Part shown: piece after piece, positions 35,364 to 41,608 of the stretch
Layout of the letters: the number at the start of each line of letters is the position of its first letter
How positions within the stretch are numbered: the stretch's first letter is position 1
Origin: an uncultured Polyangiaceae bacterium
GTDB lineage: Bacteria > Myxococcota_A > Polyangia > Polyangiales > Polyangiaceae
Direction of reading: 5' to 3'
Length of the DNA: 62,992 bases
NCBI GenBank assembly: GCA_964442485.1
Contig: CAYUAW010000005.1
Span: 14,903-77,894, forward strand
Notes under the pieces: model-generated
What the model was told of the DNA's origin: nothing
The model's input: the letters and a program-made list of their open reading frames with translations, nothing else
The model's database searches: none
Translations under genes and position numbers: made by a program

Positions 35364-37798
35364 TGCTGACCTCCCGCGTCGTCGAGCACTTCGCGCAGCT
35401 CGTCGTTCAAGTTCTGTTCCTCGCGAGCGCGTTCTCTTTGCAGATCGCGCACCCTGAAACGTTGCTCTTCGCGTGTCTCCCACGCCTGCTGGACGATTCC
35501 CACGTCGGCGCGGAGCACGATGCTCTTCAACCGATCGCGCACCAGCCCGAAGTTCTTCATGGCGACTTCCCCCACCAGGAGCCGGGCGTTCTGATCGAGC
35601 GTGTCGAGACGATCGGCGTACACGCGGATGTTTTCCGCCTCCGCGTCGACCTGCCGCTGGAGCTCGTCGGCGCCTGCCTTCACCTTCGCCTCCAGGTCAC
35701 GACGCATGCCGTCCACCCGCGCCTCGACGGCGTCCGCCTTCGAGAGGAGGCCGTCGATGGTGCGCGCATAGGCCACCGTGTCGCCGTCGGCCTGGCCCGA
35801 CGCAGCGAGCTGAACCTCTCGCGCGAGCAGCTGACGGAATCGGGTGCGGACCTCGTCGTCGTCGGCGTAGCGCTGATCGCCGAAGCCGATCTGCACGCGG
35901 CCCATCTCGACGGCCTCGCGGTACGCCGCGATCCTGTCCTTGTACGTCTTGAGGTCGCGCTCGTTCGCCTCGAGCTCCGCAGAGAGACGCTGGCGCGACG
36001 CCGCGTCCCTCGAGATGCCTTGCTTGTCTGCGTCGGCGAGCACGCGTCGAAGCGCATTCACCATCGCCGCCAGCTTGTCGGCCTCTATGGTGAGCCCCTG
36101 GAGCTTCTGCGAGACGGTGTTCCACTGGCGCTCGCCCGACGACTCGCGACGGAGGAAATCACCCTCCGTCACGGGCAGCCAGCCGAGACGCTGCATGAGC
36201 GCGCGGCGCTCCGCTCGGATCGTTCCCGTCTCTCCGGGCTGCGGAGCGTCGCTCACGCTGTCGAGCCCCATCGCCAGCGTGCGACGAGCGAGCGCCACCT
36301 TGTTCAGGAGACCGAGCGACTTCTCGAGACCCGCCTTCAGATCAGGGAAGGCTCGTGCGCGGGTCGGGGACGAGAGCACCGCGGTGAGCTTGCGTACGAG
36401 CTCGCGTGATTTCTTGATGAGGTCACGGGAACGAGTCACGTCGTCGATCACGCCGAACACGCGATCGTCCTCGGCGGCCTCGCGGACCCAGGTGAGGACG
36501 ACGGAGGGGATCCCCGAGCGGTCGTCGTCGAGCTCTTCCTCGACCAGGCGATCGTAGTAGACGGTTGGATCGGTGGTATTCGTCAGGAAGGTGTCGACCT
36601 TCTGCCGCATCGGATCGAACTCGCTTCGAACGCTCTCGTAGAGCTCGAGCGCGCGCTCGTACATGCCGGAGCGCAGCATGAGATCGGCGCGCAGGAGCGA
36701 GCCGTCCGCGAGGTGCAAGCTGCCGGGTGACGTTACGCTGAGCACCTCGAGGGCCCGCTGGGCTCGCTGGTTGTCGCCGAGCCGGACGTAGACCCACGCG
36801 AGCTCGTACAGCATGTCGCCGAACTCGGGCGAGCCCCGATCGACATGGCTGTAGGCTTCAGCGGCGTCGAGGTAGTTCTCGGTCTCGTAGAAGAGGCGGC
36901 CGATGGCCATCCAGGCGAGATCGATGACGTGGCGGTGCGCGTCGGTGTCGGCCGGGAGCTGCGTCACCTTGTGAAACTGCTCGATCGCGGCGGCGAACCG
37001 CTCAGCGGCCTGAGGCCCTCCCGCAGGCGCAGGGGGCGTCGCGCTCGCGCCCGCCGCGGGTGCGGCACCTGCGGGCGGCGTCGCGACGACGGGTGGCGCC
37101 TTCGCGAGCGCCTCCTTCATGGCGACCACGCCCTTCAGGTAGCCCGCCTGATGAATCCACTCGCTGGTGGTCGCGACGGTGTCGAGCGCGCCGCGGGCGC
37201 TCGGGAAATCCCCGCGCGCGATGTACGCCTTGCCCCGGGCGTACTGCAGCGACCCGCTCGCATCCGACGGCGGCAGCTGTGCGAGCTTCGTGAAAACGTA
37301 GTCGAGCACGTCGGAGTGCTGCGTGCGGATCGAGACGTCGACCAGCCGGCTCAGCGAGCGACCGACGTAACTGTCGTACGGAGGCTGCATGCCCTTGTCG
37401 ACGAGCTCCTTGTAGTGACGCGCGGCTGCGAGGTGCTGGTTGTCCTTGAAGTACGTCTCGCCGATGAGGAACAGCGCGTCGGCGTACGAAGGCTCGGGAA
37501 CCTGCCCGCGCCGGTAGAGCTCGAGCACCTGCGACAGCACGTAGATCGCGCGGTCGTAGTCGCCGGTCCGCATGAGCAGCTCACCGGCGACGATGCGCTT
37601 CTCGGGCGTCTCTACGACGCGCTTCGCTTTGTCGATCGCTTCCTGTATCGACCCCGTGTCCGCGTCGGCGCCCCGAATCGCGGTCTCTGCCTTGCCCCGC
37701 GCCTCGGCCGCATCGACGGCGAAGGCGTTCGCCGTCGAGAGGAGGCCGAGGAGCGCTGCCGCGAGCGCCCCGCCACGGGCGCCATTCCTCTTGGTCAT
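35360..37798 (-). CDS. secreted TPR plus long coiled-coil protein (812 aa)
   Basis: Signal peptide GGALAAALLGLLSTANAFA. N-terminal TPR units (GELLMRTGDYDRAIYVLSQVLELY...). The C-terminal ~350 aa are heptad-rich (DLKTYKDRIAAYREAVE...ELQRQVDAEAENIRVYADRLDTL). ATGA overlap with the upstream gene. Confidence 0.7.
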   Translation of the reverse strand: MTKRNGARGGALAAALLGLLSTANAFAVDAAEARGKAETAIRGADADTGSIQEAIDKAKRVVETPEKRIVAGELLMRTGDYDRAIYVLSQVLELYRRGQVPEPSYADALFLIGETYFKDNQHLAAARHYKELVDKGMQPPYDSYVGRSLSRLVDVSIRTQHSDVLDYVFTKLAQLPPSDASGSLQYARGKAYIARGDFPSARGALDTVATTSEWIHQAGYLKGVVAMKEALAKAPPVVATPPAGAAPAAGASATPPAPAGGPQAAERFAAAIEQFHKVTQLPADTDAHRHVIDLAWMAIGRLFYETENYLDAAEAYSHVDRGSPEFGDMLYELAWVYVRLGDNQRAQRALEVLSVTSPGSLHLADGSLLRADLMLRSGMYERALELYESVRSEFDPMRQKVDTFLTNTTDPTVYYDRLVEEELDDDRSGIPSVVLTWVREAAEDDRVFGVIDDVTRSRDLIKKSRELVRKLTAVLSSPTRARAFPDLKAGLEKSLGLLNKVALARRTLAMGLDSVSDAPQPGETGTIRAERRALMQRLGWLPVTEGDFLRRESSGERQWNTVSQKLQGLTIEADKLAAMVNALRRVLADADKQGISRDAASRQRLSAELEANERDLKTYKDRIAAYREAVEMGRVQIGFGDQRYADDDEVRTRFRQLLAREVQLAASGQADGDTVAYARTIDGLLSKADAVEARVDGMRRDLEAKVKAGADELQRQVDAEAENIRVYADRLDTLDQNARLLVGEVAMKNFGLVRDRLKSIVLRADVGIVQQAWETREEQRFRVRDLQRERAREEQNLNDELREVLDDAGGQQ

Positions 37799-38751
37799 TT
37801 TGTTCCTGTGCCGATGGAGAGGCTACCGGATGCACCTGCTGCAGGGGCCGCGGGGGCCGCCGCCGGCTCCGCTGGTCTCGAAGAACCGGTATCGCCCTCG
37901 CCGAGCCCGCTGCGCACCTTCTCGACGTAACGCACCGCGGGACGCTGCTCGAGCGGCGTGGTGACGCCACCCTTCTCCCAGGCGATCGCCTCGAGATCGA
38001 TCGACTTGCCCTCGGTCACGGTGAAGGCGTGGCTCGACTTGACCTCGAACTTGTACCCGCGAAGGTACGAGAAGACGCCGTAGCCGTGACCACGGAGCTG
38101 GACGAGCACCTGCAGGGTGTGATCGCCGGGCGCGATCGAGCCGCTGAAGATCGGGATCTCCGTCTGCGACGCGAGCGCGCCAGTGTCGTCGGCCTTGTTG
38201 TACTGAACCGCGCCGTCGAGCACGAACAGCGCGCGCGTCAGACGGAACGCGCTGCTCATATCGTTCTGGAACTTGATCTCGGCGCGCGCGCCGCCCACAC
38301 CGGCCGAAAGGATCGTGTCGCTGAGCAAGCTCAGGCGTGTGTGGCTGCGCCGGATCTGCTCCTTCAGCTCGTCGACGCGCGACTCGAGATCGCGAAGGCG
38401 AACTGCGTATGTGGAACCGTCCACAGGTGCAGCGGCTGCACCTGCAGCAGGTGCGGGCGCGGCCGTCGTGGTTGGAGACGGTGTAGTGGCCGGTGGTGCG
38501 GTTGCCGGAGCAGCGCCCGCTGCTCCGGTTGCGCTCTGCGTCGTAGCACTCGCGGCGGCGCCAGTTGCTGGCGCTTTCGCGGAGTTGGCGGCTGCTGACG
38601 CACCAGCGCCCGGCAGTGCGACCGAACCACCGACAGAAGCCGAAGCAGCAGGTGGCTTCGGTGCGCTGCTCGCGGGAGCTCCTTGAGCAGACGCCACGGA
38701 TACCCACAAAAGCGATGCGAGCATCCCTCGCGCGGCGTTTCGAAGTCTCAT
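37795..38751 (-). CDS. secreted protein: Ala/Pro/Thr-rich linker, coiled coil and beta-rich domain (318 aa)
   Basis: ORF 37795..39231 trimmed to the ATG at 38751 (MRLRNAARGMLASLLWVSVASAQG), preceded by GGAGAGGG 7 nt upstream. The remaining upstream codons are Arg-rich junk. Confidence 0.65.
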   Translation of the reverse strand: MRLRNAARGMLASLLWVSVASAQGAPASSAPKPPAASASVGGSVALPGAGASAAANSAKAPATGAAASATTQSATGAAGAAPATAPPATTPSPTTTAAPAPAAGAAAAPVDGSTYAVRLRDLESRVDELKEQIRRSHTRLSLLSDTILSAGVGGARAEIKFQNDMSSAFRLTRALFVLDGAVQYNKADDTGALASQTEIPIFSGSIAPGDHTLQVLVQLRGHGYGVFSYLRGYKFEVKSSHAFTVTEGKSIDLEAIAWEKGGVTTPLEQRPAVRYVEKVRSGLGEGDTGSSRPAEPAAAPAAPAAGASGSLSIGTGTK

Positions 38752-38873
38752 CACCGAACCCTCTCCGTCAGTTAGTAAGTTTAGCGGGTGCCGACCGGTG
38801 GCTGAGACGACCGGCAGCCGGCCCGATTTGACGGTCGCAACATTAACAGGATGCCGAGCGTACGTCGCAATCA

Positions 38874-38907
38874 AGAACGCCTGGGGGAAACATCCCCCAG
38901 GCGTTCT
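38874..38907. promoter_or_regulatory. perfect 14-bp inverted repeat with 6-nt spacer in a divergent intergenic region
   Basis: AGAACGCCTGGGGG aaacat CCCCCAGGCGTTCT, read directly from the sequence. It lies 123 bp upstream of the first gene of the Glt-like operon. No flanking T-tract on either strand. Confidence 0.5.
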
Positions 38908-39392
38908 CGACGTGGGAACGGGAGCACCGTCGGCGGTCGTTAGACCACTTCGATGAGCTCGCACGTCGAACGAGTCGTGACCCCACGAATCGAGTGGTCG
39001 TCGCGCGGCCAGATGCTGCCCGTCGTGGGCGCAAGATACGTGCGCTGCCCAGGCCGGCGAATCGATCGCAGCGTTCCTTCGGCGCAATCGAGCGCATCGC
39101 GTTCGACCCCGAGCTGCCGCTCGCCTTGGCGGGTCCCTGCCATGAACGGGGGGGTAGCTCGAACGGAACGGCGACCAGGAACGAGGTGGTGCCCCGACCT
39201 GCCGGACCTGGAGCGCGCCTCCCTGAGGCAAATCGCAGCAGCAATCGGCGCTGTTTCCTGGCAGAGTAATGACCCCTTTCGCGCGCTGGCGAAGCCGGCG
39301 CCAAGGCAGCTCCCACGGTGCCCATGCTGGCCCCGACCATCCACCTCACGAGGGCTCGCAGGCCGTTCTCCGGCCCCGCGGAGCACTAGCCC

Positions 39393-40010
39393 GTGGCAGA
39401 CGTCCCGAGCGTCGCCGCCGATGAAGCGCTCATGCTGCGCTACCAGCGCGGGGACCGGCGCGCGTTCGGTGAGCTCGTGCGGCGCCACAAGACGCCGCTC
39501 TATAACTTCGTGCTGCGGCACCTCCGGTCGCCGAGCGCGGCGGAGGACATCACGCAGGAGACCTTTCTTCGCGTCGTCCAGCGCGCCGCGGAGTTCAAGC
39601 ACGAGGCGCGGTTCACGACGTGGCTCTACACGATCGCGCGGAACCAGTGCATCGACCACGGGAGGAAGATGAAGCTTCGTCGCCATCCGTCCCTCGATGC
39701 GGCCACGAGCGACGATGGCGCCGCGCGCCCGATGCTCGAGGTGCTCCCCGATCCGCGGCCGGAGGGAGACACCGGCCGCGCTGCGGAATGGACGGTCATG
39801 CGCCGTTCCATCGTCGTGGCCGTGGAAGCATTGCCGGAGGACCAGCGAGAGGTATTTTTGCTGCGGGAAGTCGCCAATCTTCCCTTCAAGGAGATCGCGG
39901 AAGTGACGGGCGTGGCAGAGAACACCGTGAAGAGCCGCATGCGATACGCGCTCGAGCGCCTGCGGCTCGCCCTGTCCGAGTTCGAGGAGTATGCCCGCGC
40001 GCTCCGGTAG
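39393..40010 (+). CDS. ECF (sigma-70 group IV) RNA polymerase sigma factor
   Basis: GTG start with an in-frame TAG 6 nt upstream. Region 2: FGELVRRHKTPLYNFVLRHL...EDITQETFLRV...WLYTIARNQCIDH. Region 4: LPEDQREVFLLREVANLPFKEIAEVTGVAENTVKSRMRYALERLR. Confidence 0.9.
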   Translation: MADVPSVAADEALMLRYQRGDRRAFGELVRRHKTPLYNFVLRHLRSPSAAEDITQETFLRVVQRAAEFKHEARFTTWLYTIARNQCIDHGRKMKLRRHPSLDAATSDDGAARPMLEVLPDPRPEGDTGRAAEWTVMRRSIVVAVEALPEDQREVFLLREVANLPFKEIAEVTGVAENTVKSRMRYALERLRLALSEFEEYARALR

Positions 40011-41073
40011 CGCGGACGAAAGCAAGCACGTGGACGCGGAGAAATTCGACAAGGTCGTCCTCGACCTCCTCTACGACGAGCTCGACGAGCTGACGCGGGC
40101 GTCCGCCATCCGTCACACCGAGCAATCGGGGCGCGCGAAGGCTCTGTACGCCGAGCTTCGCGCCACGCGCGAGGTCGGCGCGCTCCCCCTGGTCGACCCA
40201 CCCGCGGATCTGGAAGAGCGGATCATGCAGGCCGAGGAGCGCGCGCGTGCAGAGCGCCCGCTCCGGCAACGCCTGGGCGCGTTCGTGTCGATCGCGGCGA
40301 GCTACGCAATGCGCCCGCAGCTCGCCATGGCGGCAGTGCTGATGCTCATGGTCGGCTCGAGCCTGCTCCTGCTCCGTGTGAAGCCGGGGCCAACGAACTC
40401 CGTGCAGGTCACGGAACGCGGCGTTCCGGAATCGGACAAGGAATCCGTCACCGTCCCGGTCGCGGCGCCACCCGCCCCCGGCGAGGCCCGCGGCGAGGCC
40501 CCCGCGGAGACGCCGCGAGCGCACGCGCGCGCCGACGCGCCGAAGTCCGATTTCGCCGCAGCGCCACGCCCTGCAGCGACGATGGCCGAAAAGGAATCCT
40601 CGCCAGCAGCCGAACCCGCCGCTCCGGCCCCCCCCGCGGAGCAAGGGGTGGCGATCGATGAGCTCCCTCAGGCTCCCACCGACGATCTGGGGTCGGCCAC
40701 GGAGGCGTCGGGAGCCGTGGCCGCGGCTCCTTCCCTGACGACCCACGGTGTAACGGCCGGGGGGGCGCCATCGGCGGGCTGCGAGGCGGATCTTCCTCGC
40801 TACGAGGCGCTCATGGCATCGCCGGACACGACGTCTGCTGCGGCCCTCGGCGCGGCACGCTTCGCAGCCGCCCAGTGCTACGCGCGCCTCGGACGGGTCG
40901 AGGCCGCGCGAAGGACCTATCGCACGCTTCTCGCGGATGCGACGTACGCGGATGCCGCGCGTCGCCAGCTCTCGGTGTTGCCCGAGTCGACGTCGCGCGT
41001 CGCCGAATCGGCGCCGCGAGCATCCAGCAAGCCAGCGGCCGCGAAGGCAGCGCCCGCGAAGCCCTCACCCTGA
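39991..41073 (+). CDS. putative anti-sigma factor (single-pass membrane protein)
   Basis: Overlaps the sigma-factor 3' end by 20 nt. Cytoplasmic helical N-domain. TM span LAMAAVLMLMVGSSLLLL. Ala/Pro-rich periplasmic part with a TPR-like end (AAAQCYARLGRVEAARRTYRTLL). The start is uncertain. Confidence 0.6.
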   Translation: MPARSGSADESKHVDAEKFDKVVLDLLYDELDELTRASAIRHTEQSGRAKALYAELRATREVGALPLVDPPADLEERIMQAEERARAERPLRQRLGAFVSIAASYAMRPQLAMAAVLMLMVGSSLLLLRVKPGPTNSVQVTERGVPESDKESVTVPVAAPPAPGEARGEAPAETPRAHARADAPKSDFAAAPRPAATMAEKESSPAAEPAAPAPPAEQGVAIDELPQAPTDDLGSATEASGAVAAAPSLTTHGVTAGGAPSAGCEADLPRYEALMASPDTTSAAALGAARFAAAQCYARLGRVEAARRTYRTLLADATYADAARRQLSVLPESTSRVAESAPRASSKPAAAKAAPAKPSP

Positions 41074-41088
41074 GCGGCTCGCGGCTGC

Positions 41089-41592
41089 TCAGTTCGGCGC
41101 GTCGCGGACGTACGCAATGGTGCGGATCGCTTCAACGAGCCGCTCGCGATCGGGTGGCATGAGCTCCACGAATCGGATGCCCATGCCCGGGTTGCGGTTC
41201 TCCGAGAGAAGCCGCACCGGGTTGATCCACTGCACGACGCCGCCCAGCACGAAAGCCTCGTCGAGGTTCGGAGGCGCGAAGCGCAACGTGACCCGCGTGC
41301 CGATGGACAGCGGCTCCCTCGTCGCCACGAAGATCCCGAGCTCGGAGATGTTTCGAATCGATGCGTAGAGAAACGTGTCTTCCGTCTCGCAGTCGACGGA
41401 CCAGGCTACCGAGAAGCGGTCGGCGCTCCGACGGTTCTCCGGATCTTCCGCCGCATCGAGCTCCTGCGCGTCGTCGGATAGACGGTCCTTCACCCAAGGG
41501 GGCTTAGCCCTTCGACGAGCGCGTGTCACGGTCCGAATTTCCGGCGCGCCGAATCCCGGGGGCCCGCCCCTCGCTTTGCCGCAGTGAGACAT
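41089..41592 (-). CDS. PilZ domain protein
   Basis: RRSADR (RxxxR) followed by NISELG (D/NxSxxG) and GMGIRFVEL. The true start is probably internal (the PilZ core is about 110 aa). Confidence 0.7.
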   Translation of the reverse strand: MSHCGKARGGPPGFGAPEIRTVTRARRRAKPPWVKDRLSDDAQELDAAEDPENRRSADRFSVAWSVDCETEDTFLYASIRNISELGIFVATREPLSIGTRVTLRFAPPNLDEAFVLGGVVQWINPVRLLSENRNPGMGIRFVELMPPDRERLVEAIRTIAYVRDAPN

Positions 41593-41608
41593 GCGCGGCG
41601 ATGCCTGC

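Noticed and set aside
39202-39211. CCAGGTCCGG on the minus strand, reminiscent of the SRP (4.5S) RNA conserved helix
   Set aside because: The adjacent sequence lacks the rest of the conserved SRP domain IV motif (GGAAGCAGCC-like) and a matching closing helix. The match is most likely chance in GC-rich DNA.
38843-39672. ORFs inside the long intergenic region (38843-39349 minus, 38953-39672 plus, 38994-39269 plus)
   Set aside because: They have Arg/Ser/Pro-rich composition and weaker GC3 bias than neighbouring genes. One runs out of frame into the sigma-factor gene, and none has a motif. I treat the region as non-coding.
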